Positions 56,475-64,000 of a DNA stretch of 64,000 nt are shown in pieces. The stretch is from an uncultured virus (IMG/VR IMGVR_UViG_3300050343_000275) (lineage: Duplodnaviria > Heunggongvirae > Uroviricota > Caudoviricetes), in IMG/VR virus record IMGVR_UViG_3300050343_000275; one strand, given 5' to 3'. Positions within the stretch are counted from its first letter, which is position 1. Each line of letters begins with the position of its first letter. The notes below the pieces were generated by a model that searched no databases, was not told the origin of the DNA, and worked only from the letters and a program-made list of their open reading frames with translations. A program made the position numbers and the translations under genes.

Positions 56475-56706
56475 TCAGAGGAAATCCCTTTGGGGGAATA
56501 AACTCGCCGCCATGGATCGCCAGCTGCTGAGAACTTGGGCGTAGGCGGACTTGAGTTAGAGGCCAATCTTCTGAGCGCGTTGAGCCTTCAAGCGTCACGG
56601 TGACTAATCCTCTGTTCCAGCCGGTGGCTGATGAAGCAGAAGTCACGAATCCTGCTTGGCCTGTGACCTTATGCAGGATCCTGTGCCCAACCTTCAAAGC
56701 CAACAT
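56455..56706 (-). CDS. Small SH3-like hypothetical protein
   Basis: KVGHRILHKVTGQAGFV. Confidence 0.6.
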   Translation of the reverse strand: MLALKVGHRILHKVTGQAGFVTSASSATGWNRGLVTVTLEGSTRSEDWPLTQVRLRPSSQQLAIHGGEFIPPKGFPLNVKANA

Positions 56707-56774
56707 CGATCATAGTCTTGCACTCTGCCTGACAGGGTAGTCAATTTTTACTAACAGTTTTTTCAGAACGTTCG

Positions 56775-57269
56775 TTATTCGTCTTCCATCGGATTAATCG
56801 GTCCTGACATCGGGATCCGACTTACGGATACTCCGGCCTCGATAAACATTGTTCGAGCCAGGTCAAAACTGTCTTGCCAGCGTTGAGGTTCCACAAAATT
56901 AGGGACAACGACTTTGACGATTCCAGCCTGAATTAGTAGTGAAGCGCAGTGCGAGCAGGTCATTAGCGGCCAGACATAGATAGTGCTGCCTATAAGGGAC
57001 ACGCCATTGTTTGCTGCATGGCAAATGCAATTAGCTTCAGCATGTACGGTCATCGCAAGTCTGGTCTCACGGTCCATCAGTCGCGCCTCTGAATCAGAGA
57101 CTCCGGCTGGTAATCCGTTGTAGCCCTGGGCAAGGATTCGCCGATTGCGAACAGCAACCGCACCCACCTTCGTAGATGGATCTTTAGACCATCCAGCGAA
57201 GTGACTCGCCACAACTAGAAAGCGTTGGTCCCAATGCTTTGGAGCCTTCGGTGCTCGTAAGTTATCCAT
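56775..57269 (-). CDS. dCMP deaminase
   Basis: SKDPSTKVGA, GYNG, HAE, CSHC. Confidence 0.92.
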   Translation of the reverse strand: MDNLRAPKAPKHWDQRFLVVASHFAGWSKDPSTKVGAVAVRNRRILAQGYNGLPAGVSDSEARLMDRETRLAMTVHAEANCICHAANNGVSLIGSTIYVWPLMTCSHCASLLIQAGIVKVVVPNFVEPQRWQDSFDLARTMFIEAGVSVSRIPMSGPINPMEDE

Positions 57270-57312
57270 GATTTTTATTTAGAATTAAGAGAGAAACCAC
57301 AAGCGGAATGCT

Positions 57313-57525
57313 GTGTTGGAAATCGCCGCTGGTATTGGTATTGCCGCTGTAGGCGCCTTGTGGCGGATGGCCTTCGAGCAAGGCAAGATGCAGCGCGGTA
57401 TGGAAGCAATACTGAAAGAAGTTCAGCTACTGAGAATTGATATTGGTCAAGACATCAATGCGCTTGATTCCAGATTGCAGGATCACGAAGAACGAATTCG
57501 TCAGCTAGAGATCGACACTCACTAG
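57313..57525 (+). CDS. Membrane-anchored coiled-coil protein (holin/XhlA-like)
   Basis: TM segment plus DHEERIRQLE; TAGAAT at 57280-57285. Confidence 0.6.
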   Translation: MLEIAAGIGIAAVGALWRMAFEQGKMQRGMEAILKEVQLLRIDIGQDINALDSRLQDHEERIRQLEIDTH

Positions 57526-57711
57526 ATCGATCTGGCAAAGGCGATTACGCACAGCCAGCTCTTCCTTGGAGATACCCCAGCGATCTAACGCTCGTCCGAT
57601 TGATCGACGGAGTTCGACCGAGGCTTCTTCTGATTGCAGAATCTCTTGACACTCGATGAGAAGAGCGCAAGAGGGTTCAGTGCATTCGTTTAAGACGCTC
57701 TCAATGCTCAT
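57505..57711 (-). CDS. Hypothetical protein
   Basis: LDRWGISKEEL resembles LDKWGMSTDEL of the upstream gene. Confidence 0.55.
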   Translation of the reverse strand: MSIESVLNECTEPSCALLIECQEILQSEEASVELRRSIGRALDRWGISKEELAVRNRLCQIDLVSVDL

Positions 57712-58004
57712 TAGTCAGCGCCAGATCCGACTGATAATTCTTCGGTGGAGTCACCTGGGCGCCAGCTTGATCCCCAGATATTTCTGCATGCAGAGTTCAA
57801 CTCATCTGTACTCATGCCCCATTTATCGAGGCAGGCCAGAAGGTCGCGCTTGATGTCGTATGCACCAGGGAAGCCGTTGTACCGAACGAAGAGCCGTCCT
57901 GCGTTAGTGAGTGAGAGCGTGTCGGGAATTCTCTGCACGAGCAATGAGTCAACGATGGCCCGATCGCATTGATAAAGCGGATGGTTTTGGATTGCCTCAG
58001 TCAA
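57711..58004 (-). CDS. DUF3288-like cyanobacterial protein
   Basis: QNHPLY..DR.IVD.LL...RY.GFPGA.DI..DL...VGSG. Confidence 0.8.
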   Translation of the reverse strand: MTEAIQNHPLYQCDRAIVDSLLVQRIPDTLSLTNAGRLFVRYNGFPGAYDIKRDLLACLDKWGMSTDELNSACRNIWGSSWRPGDSTEELSVGSGAD

Positions 58005-58299
58005 TTTGGCCTCTCGTGGTCGTCAAATAGTAAGAAAGATCTTGCTTGAAGCAAGCCTGATTCGGGTTAATGCCTTGCATTGAGCAGTGGCATTCGCTCA
58101 GATCCATTGCGCTGCAGTGGCTTTGAGCTTTGCAAAGATGCCGCAACCTGGCCATTTAGCTCGACACCGGTAGATCGCTTGCTATGACAGGGTTCCTTTC
58201 GGGTGTCGCGTAGTGTTGTGCTCCTCCCACCTTCTGTCAGAAAATTCCTCTCCCTCTTGATTTCGTCGGACAATCAAGAAAACCGCGTTTAATTGTGTG

Positions 58300-58560
58300 A
58301 TGAGTCTAGCGAAATGAGTGACTAGCACAAGGTTGGTGAAGAGCAGAAGAAGAGGGTTGTTTTTGAATTTAATTTCCTGGAGAAAGGTTGGAGGAGCCGA
58401 ACACCTAGTGGCACTTGATGAGACTCATGTGCAGCACATAGATAAAGCGGTGTTCAGATCAAAAAGGAGCAGGTGATAAGAACAGCAGGCAAATAAAAAA
58501 GCCACTCCCGGCAAGGGAATGGCATGAGTCTTATGTGAGTCCTGTCTCGCGACAGTCTCA
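58300..58560. repeat. TGAGTC/TGAGAC-like short repeats (candidate origin)
   Basis: Copies near 58301, 58315, 58419, 58525, 58536 and 58555, downstream of the primase-helicase. Confidence 0.35.
58495..58523 (-). terminator. Rho-independent terminator
   Basis: Minus strand GCCATTCCC-TTGCC-GGGAGTGGC-TTTTTT. Confidence 0.8.
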
Positions 58561-58563
58561 AAG

Positions 58564-61050
58564 TCACCAGTTACGAGACATCGGAGCAGCAGATCCCATG
58601 CTCTGTGTGTAGAGCGGATCGCTCGTCAGCCACATGTTGAGCACCTTGCCTTTGACCTTGACCCGCTTCTTGGAGAAGCCTTTCTTCTTCAGGCAGTCAG
58701 AGATGTGCCGAGCCATCGACTTCTCCTCTTTGAGGGGGATCTCTAGCCACTGGAACAGGTCAGCCATCAACCAGTAGCGCTGCTCATGGTGACTGCCGGA
58801 GTACTTGGTCGTCATCACCAGATCGAGCTGATACTCCAAAGGACTATCTGATTGGAAAGTTTCCATGTAGTCCTTCATGAAAGACAGCTCGTAGCTGGTG
58901 AAGGTATGGATGGGGTTGTCTAGATAGGTCTGATAAGCAGACGTCCAGATCTTGTCCCGGTCTTCCTTGAGACGGTCCAGGTCAATGATTCGAATGTTGG
59001 GGTTCTCCTTCGAGGCGACCTTGCCATCAACAACGATCGGCATGAAGCGACGGTTGCCGGTTGGGTCGACCAGGAAGTCACTGCTGTTGGTTGCACCTGC
59101 AAGTACGAAGGAGCGCATGAAGTTCCGTTCGTTCTCGTATTTCTTTGCTGATCGGTCAACGCCGCAGCTGACGATGTTCTTTAGTTCCTCTGTGTATTGG
59201 CGACGGAAATACCGTTCGCACTCATCCATTACGACAATCCAGCCAGCATGTAAGACATGAGGCTTGTCCTTGATGTAGTTGATGCCCTGCTGGACTGTGC
59301 TGACCCACGGGTGATTGCCGGGTGAGTCAGCTGCAGGTGGAGATAAGTATTGGAAGAAGGTTGTCTTACCAGAGTTTTGCGAGCCGATGAGGATTGGCAT
59401 CCAGTCATGGACGCAGCCTGGCTCCAGTACTCGAGCAACGGCCCCCACTAGGAACCGCTTCATGATCACGTCAGCCAGCAGATTGCCGCATGGCATTCGT
59501 GGATTGGTTAGCTCGTCATTCCTGAGCCCCAGCAGTTCCGATGCAATGCGATCGAAGTAATTGCAGGTCTGCCCCTTGAGAGCGCACTTTTCTAGATAGG
59601 CAGTAACAGGGTGATAGGCGTTCTCCCTGCCAACAATGAGAGCAGTGTCATAGGTCAACGTCTTGGGGTAGACCTGACCGGCGCCATTGCTGATGCGGAC
59701 ATAAGCAGTAGATGCGTCGTCAACTTTGATTGGCTTCTCTACTGATCCGTATTCGAGGTCTTGCGACATGGAGTTAAGTCGCAGGCCTGGATAAAGGCGT
59801 TGCAGTCTGGTCTTGATATCGACGACAACTTGTACCTCGCCTTCTCCGCGAGGTCTGCCCCGCCCTGCTCTGACTCGAGGGACGTCATTGCCCTGGTCGG
59901 GAAAGTTATCGACATCACCGAAACCGTCACCGCCTTCTTCTTCTGGCTCATCGGCTTCGATGATTGGTTCAGTCGCTGGCGCTCTTTCGATGACGGCAAT
60001 GTTTGTCCATGGCCTTTCTTGATCGAAGAGTCCTTGAGTTGCTTCAACTTGGACCGGTGCTGGTCCGTCGTACCAGAAGTCATCCTCTGGATCACCAATG
60101 AAGTCATGGTGGTCGTAGCCCAGAGCGCTTCCGTAAAAGCTGGAAGAGCTGTCGCTTGACTGCCTCAATTCAGCAGGCAATCGTGACCGCCAGTTTGGGT
60201 CGTCGTTGGTTGCGTGGAAGAACAAAGTCCCCAGCCCAGAACCTCTAAAACCGTTAAAGAATTTCTCAGTCGTTTGCTTTGAGTTCTTGCCTTTGCCGTG
60301 ATGACCACGTGATGCCCAGTCACTCCATGCTGAGAACAGTGCGGAACCAGCTGTTGCTACTGAAGCTGTGATCCGCATGAATCGATCCCGGTCGCCATCA
60401 ACCGTTGGCTCGAGCACCTGCTCAAGGACAAACACTGCTTGATCAATTGATTGCTGGTCGATCGTGTCCGTAGATACAGCCGCCCTGGCAATCATTTTGC
60501 GTGCGTGTTCTTCCGCATCGTCAAGAATTGAGTCAGGTAGTTGAGCCTCTGGCTGCCACAAAATATGCTCTGTTGGATCGCTGCCATAGAAGATTCGGCA
60601 GGGGTCAGAACAGCTCTTATCACTGCCGAGTGACCTGATCAAAAGGGTGACGACACCTCGATAGACCGTTGGATTATGGATGCGATGAGGCAGCCTGAAG
60701 ACCACACGGAACCGATCTTCAGGCATCTGCCCATGACGAGAGCTGGTGTATGCCCATGCAGCACTTGCCGCTAGTGGATGCTGCAGGAAGTCGTCAATCG
60801 AAAGTCCATGATCGATATCCACAACAGCCAGATCGCTGTAATCGAAGGCTGCGCTTGACCTGTGGCCGGATGTCATGTGTACCGGAATAAACGCCATGCC
60901 AGTACCGACCCAGTCTTTTAGTACGCTGAGCTCAGTATTTCTCGGCTCCCAGTCCCTGCCCCATGAATCGTCGAAGGGCATCTTGCTGTGTTTTTTCTGG
61001 TAACAAGTAGGGTGAACCATGTAGCAAGGGCTACCGTTTAGGTCTAGCAT
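58564..61050 (-). CDS. Primase with PriCT-2-like domain and VirE/VapE-like helicase
   Basis: VVDID, YTSSRH, RFRVVF; WSDWAS; Walker A GSQNSGKTT, Walker B VMDE, DPTGNRRF. Confidence 0.88.
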   Translation of the reverse strand: MLDLNGSPCYMVHPTCYQKKHSKMPFDDSWGRDWEPRNTELSVLKDWVGTGMAFIPVHMTSGHRSSAAFDYSDLAVVDIDHGLSIDDFLQHPLAASAAWAYTSSRHGQMPEDRFRVVFRLPHRIHNPTVYRGVVTLLIRSLGSDKSCSDPCRIFYGSDPTEHILWQPEAQLPDSILDDAEEHARKMIARAAVSTDTIDQQSIDQAVFVLEQVLEPTVDGDRDRFMRITASVATAGSALFSAWSDWASRGHHGKGKNSKQTTEKFFNGFRGSGLGTLFFHATNDDPNWRSRLPAELRQSSDSSSSFYGSALGYDHHDFIGDPEDDFWYDGPAPVQVEATQGLFDQERPWTNIAVIERAPATEPIIEADEPEEEGGDGFGDVDNFPDQGNDVPRVRAGRGRPRGEGEVQVVVDIKTRLQRLYPGLRLNSMSQDLEYGSVEKPIKVDDASTAYVRISNGAGQVYPKTLTYDTALIVGRENAYHPVTAYLEKCALKGQTCNYFDRIASELLGLRNDELTNPRMPCGNLLADVIMKRFLVGAVARVLEPGCVHDWMPILIGSQNSGKTTFFQYLSPPAADSPGNHPWVSTVQQGINYIKDKPHVLHAGWIVVMDECERYFRRQYTEELKNIVSCGVDRSAKKYENERNFMRSFVLAGATNSSDFLVDPTGNRRFMPIVVDGKVASKENPNIRIIDLDRLKEDRDKIWTSAYQTYLDNPIHTFTSYELSFMKDYMETFQSDSPLEYQLDLVMTTKYSGSHHEQRYWLMADLFQWLEIPLKEEKSMARHISDCLKKKGFSKKRVKVKGKVLNMWLTSDPLYTQSMGSAAPMSRNW

Positions 61051-61218
61051 TCAAACTGAGTGACACGTCACACAAGTCTGGCACCTTTTGATTGCCGAGC
61101 AACCCCTCTGAGCTTATGCGGTTTTGGCTTACCACCCAAAAACATTCCAAATCGGGAACATTGGGGGTAGGCAATCACTAGACACCGATAGTAAAATTTA
61201 AAAACGATCCCCACTTCC

Positions 61219-61857
61219 ATGCCGAATACAGAGATTGAGCTCCCGAGAGCACCTAGCGACTCGTTTGATCAAGACACCATCAACGGTCGCTTTGTAAATG
61301 CACTCAATACCGCACTAGTTTCGAATCGGTATTCACAGCGCAAGCTTTGCGCACATATTGGCGTGACGATTGGCACGATGACCAAGTACATGCGTGGTGC
61401 AATCAACCCGCTCAAGGTCGGGACAGAAGTGCAAGAGAAATTGGCAGAAGCTTTAGGAGTTAACCTCCCATCGTTAATCGCGTACTACAGGACTGGCGAA
61501 TACGCTTCGCACATAACCCGAGAAGATGTGACTTCTTGGATCAGGTCTGAAGGGGCTCAAGAGGATATTCCTTTCATTCTTGACGCGACTTCCAGCGTGT
61601 TCAAGAGTGGGCTTGATCACCAAAGCAAAGAGCCAGCTGCTGAAAAGTACGACTGGCCAGCTGAAGTTCTCGCGAATCGAAAGATCAGCGTAGCTATGCA
61701 AGAGCGTCTTGGACTAGACGAGGCAGTAATGAAGCAGCTCGCTGCAGGTCGGTTCGAGACATCAACAGTCGAAGCATTTGCGATGCTGCTAAATCGTGAC
61801 ACTGCTGAAGTGGAAGATGCATTCAACAGCAGGTCCCCTATTGCGGGTGTCCTTTAA
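61219..61857 (+). CDS. XRE-family HTH regulator (repressor candidate)
   Basis: SQRKLCAHIGVTIGTMTKYMRG...KLAEALGV; divergent from primase. Confidence 0.8.
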   Translation: MPNTEIELPRAPSDSFDQDTINGRFVNALNTALVSNRYSQRKLCAHIGVTIGTMTKYMRGAINPLKVGTEVQEKLAEALGVNLPSLIAYYRTGEYASHITREDVTSWIRSEGAQEDIPFILDATSSVFKSGLDHQSKEPAAEKYDWPAEVLANRKISVAMQERLGLDEAVMKQLAAGRFETSTVEAFAMLLNRDTAEVEDAFNSRSPIAGVL

Positions 61858-62618
61858 GTTAGAGAAATCGTGATTGATCCACTCATCGACGAGTGATATT
61901 GACAGTTGTAGTAATAAGTTTTCGGTGAACTATAGACCCATGGCCTGTAACGTAGAACTCCAGAGTCGGTTCCATTGTTGTCGTGGTCGCCAATGCTGGA
62001 ATACTTTGCTGTGCTCCCAGCGCCAGTTGTTTGCGTGGATTTAATCCATAGTGGATGACCCGGAGCATTCACCGTAAGGATCAATTCTTGATTACTAATC
62101 AAGGTGATGGATGGGTTTGGCTCATCGGTTAAGCCTTCGCCTGTGAATAGATACGCACCAGAATCGCTGTTGGTCACGGTGTATCTCTTGGCATTGGTTG
62201 GACCAACTTCTCCATTGACGATCCAGTCTTGTTCACCGCGACAACGCAGCTTGGCTTCTGCGTATTGACCGGTGAGTTGGGCTCCATTGGCCGACTTGAC
62301 ATCGAATGCATAGGCCATTGAAGCCACCTCTAGGGTGCCAGTTCCTATGTTGACGAGCTGTATTTCGCTGTTAAGGGCGTATTCATTTGGGACAAAATTA
62401 TCTAAGGTTGAATCAGGCAGATAGGCAATGTAATGTTGATTTGCAGGTACTTCAACTTCAACGATGTTGTTTTGATCGGATGGGTTAATAATGAACAGGG
62501 AATTTGCATATCGAGTCTTTGGATTGGGATCAACGTATGCAAACGTGCCATCAGGCCGATTCCCGTAGAGCTTATTGTTCCTTGCGTCGTAGAACGTGGG
62601 TAGAAAGTTATTAGGCAC
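61854..62618 (-). CDS. Structural-type protein with C-terminal cupredoxin-like domain
   Basis: NPSITL...GHPLWI...YYNCQYHSSMSG; minus-strand TAGAAT at 62645-62650. Confidence 0.65.
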   Translation of the reverse strand: MPNNFLPTFYDARNNKLYGNRPDGTFAYVDPNPKTRYANSLFIINPSDQNNIVEVEVPANQHYIAYLPDSTLDNFVPNEYALNSEIQLVNIGTGTLEVASMAYAFDVKSANGAQLTGQYAEAKLRCRGEQDWIVNGEVGPTNAKRYTVTNSDSGAYLFTGEGLTDEPNPSITLISNQELILTVNAPGHPLWIKSTQTTGAGSTAKYSSIGDHDNNGTDSGVLRYRPWVYSSPKTYYYNCQYHSSMSGSITISLT

Positions 62619-62655
62619 TTATTGATAGGGATTAAGTTATGGATATTCTAAATTT

Positions 62656-63429
62656 CTAACTCGCGTCAGCTTGTTTATCGAGCTCTTCCTGGTGCTCGAT
62701 TTCTTTGAGCTCTTTGTAGCGACGAACTTTTTGCAGCCACTTGGTTTGGAAGCGAGATAGCTCGTCTCCTTGGAACAAGAATGACTGATCGATCTCAGGA
62801 GTGGAAACGAGGATCTGTGCGCAGTCCACTTTCAGTCCCAAAGTTTCCTCTACCGCGAGGGCATAGGCACCGAGCTGCAGACCGCATTTGTTCAGCTTGC
62901 TCCAACCAGTGAAGTTGTTTCTGGTTGTCGGATCGTTCTTCTGAGGAAAGTATCGACAATAGGGTTGATTGCTAGTTTTAAAATCGCCCAGGATTACGAC
63001 ATCATTTCGGACACCGACTAAATCAGGACATCCGCAGAATCCGAATTCATGTGACCAGACTCTGGAGATGCCATCTTTACCTGTGCAGAAATTCCACTCT
63101 GGCTTAAGAGGTTTCTCGGACCAGACAAAGTAATCGTACTTGTCTAAGTGCTGAGATAATCCGCGCCAGAATGGCAGATAGTCTTCCGGTAGATCGCCAA
63201 CAGGCTGGCCTCGGATGTAACGCTCGCAAGCCGCATGGATAGCAGTGCCTCTGGCTGCTGCCTTCTCTTTGCCGCCTGGATTCTTTAGTCCCCAGTTGTG
63301 CAGCATTTTCTTTGAATGCTCACTGGCGGTCTTGCCCAGGATTGTGGTTACTGACGGATATACCTTGCCCGGTTTATCTGTTGTGTAATGCCTTGCGCCA
63401 TCAACTTCAAACCTCGTCGGTTCATCCAT
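62656..63429 (-). CDS. PD-(D/E)XK exonuclease
   Basis: SVTTIL, RGTAIH, GCPD...DFKTS, QLGAY. Confidence 0.85.
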   Translation of the reverse strand: MDEPTRFEVDGARHYTTDKPGKVYPSVTTILGKTASEHSKKMLHNWGLKNPGGKEKAAARGTAIHAACERYIRGQPVGDLPEDYLPFWRGLSQHLDKYDYFVWSEKPLKPEWNFCTGKDGISRVWSHEFGFCGCPDLVGVRNDVVILGDFKTSNQPYCRYFPQKNDPTTRNNFTGWSKLNKCGLQLGAYALAVEETLGLKVDCAQILVSTPEIDQSFLFQGDELSRFQTKWLQKVRRYKELKEIEHQEELDKQADAS

Positions 63430-63512
63430 ACAAGCCGAGGCTTTTTATGAATGTAACGATTTTGTTGCGTTGACTTTAAGGCTGTCTAAGGGTGAGTCAA
63501 AAGGAACTGGAA

Positions 63513-63959
63513 CTATGACTCAAGTTCAGATGGTGCGTTGTCTGGCCGTTCCCATGGATCGTTGAAGTTTGCCAAGGCATCAGCCAGTACATCGCGCCCT
63601 TCTTGCTCACTTCTGTAAGCGTTTAATTCTTCAAGCAGTCGTCTTGCTAGCAATGTTGCTCCTTTCATGAGCTCTTCTAGACCGATATCTTCTTTGTCTA
63701 AACGCTTGGCAAGTACAGGCCCAAGGACAGAAACGTAGGCCGAAACGAAAGCATCAGGGATGTAGCCGTTAAGGGAGGCACCGTTATTAGTAAATCCCTG
63801 CATTAATTGATTGAGCGCATGGAGCTGCTCGCAAGTCTGCTGTTGGTAGATGACTACTTGACGCAGTTGGATATTGGTGTTCTTTAGTTCACTAAGGATT
63901 TGCTTGTTGGTCTCGAACAGGGTCAGGTTCTGATCCAGTGTCATGGAGAAGAAATCCAT
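63513..63959 (-). CDS. Hypothetical helical protein
   Basis: 148 aa ORF. Confidence 0.65.
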   Translation of the reverse strand: MDFFSMTLDQNLTLFETNKQILSELKNTNIQLRQVVIYQQQTCEQLHALNQLMQGFTNNGASLNGYIPDAFVSAYVSVLGPVLAKRLDKEDIGLEELMKGATLLARRLLEELNAYRSEQEGRDVLADALANFNDPWERPDNAPSELES

Positions 63960-64000
63960 TAAAAACTCTGACTAGAGACAACGCAGCCTTGTCAATCGAA

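Larger units (their letters stand above)
1..64000. mobile_element. Tailed dsDNA cyanophage genome segment, probably temperate and podovirus-like
   Basis: TerL, portal, capsid, endolysin, fibres, serine integrase, repressor and primase-helicase present; cyanobacterial-type accessory genes; no host housekeeping operons. Confidence 0.93.

Noticed and set aside
62656..63429. Cas4 of a CRISPR system
   Set aside because: Motifs fit a standalone phage PD-(D/E)XK exonuclease; no array or other cas genes
1..64000. tRNA or rRNA genes
   Set aside because: No cloverleaf or rRNA-like sequence recognised by eye; tRNAscan was not run

Overview
The whole window is phage DNA, most likely a temperate, podovirus-like cyanophage of picocyanobacteria. 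Host clues are CP12-like, NblA-like, DUF3288-like, cyanobacterial-type ThyX and small porin-like genes; no tape measure or sheath gene is visible. Layout: a non-coding CGCG-rich and A/T-tract region (1-570); putative ejection proteins plus a PAPS-reductase homologue; TerS/TerL, portal and an overlapping scaffold; a GH24+M15 endolysin; an inverted block with structural genes, CP12 and two degenerate LAGLIDADG genes; major capsid, neck, tail and fibre genes ending in four glycine-rich adhesin paralogues; an exported-protein module; a large serine recombinase with a candidate attP; HNH, NblA-like and transglycosylase genes behind a structured leader; nucleotide-metabolism genes; and a primase-VirE helicase, repressor and exonuclease. 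Best candidates for something undescribed: (1) a motif R-x-A-G-[D/S/E] shared by ten unrelated proteins, possibly a packaging or maturation signal; (2) two separate three-gene arrays with conserved C-terminal carriers and variable N-terminal heads, where one head motif occurs in both arrays; (3) several apparently catalytically dead enzymes; (4) a promoter-driven structured RNA leader. All family assignments come from motif recognition by eye; no searches were run.
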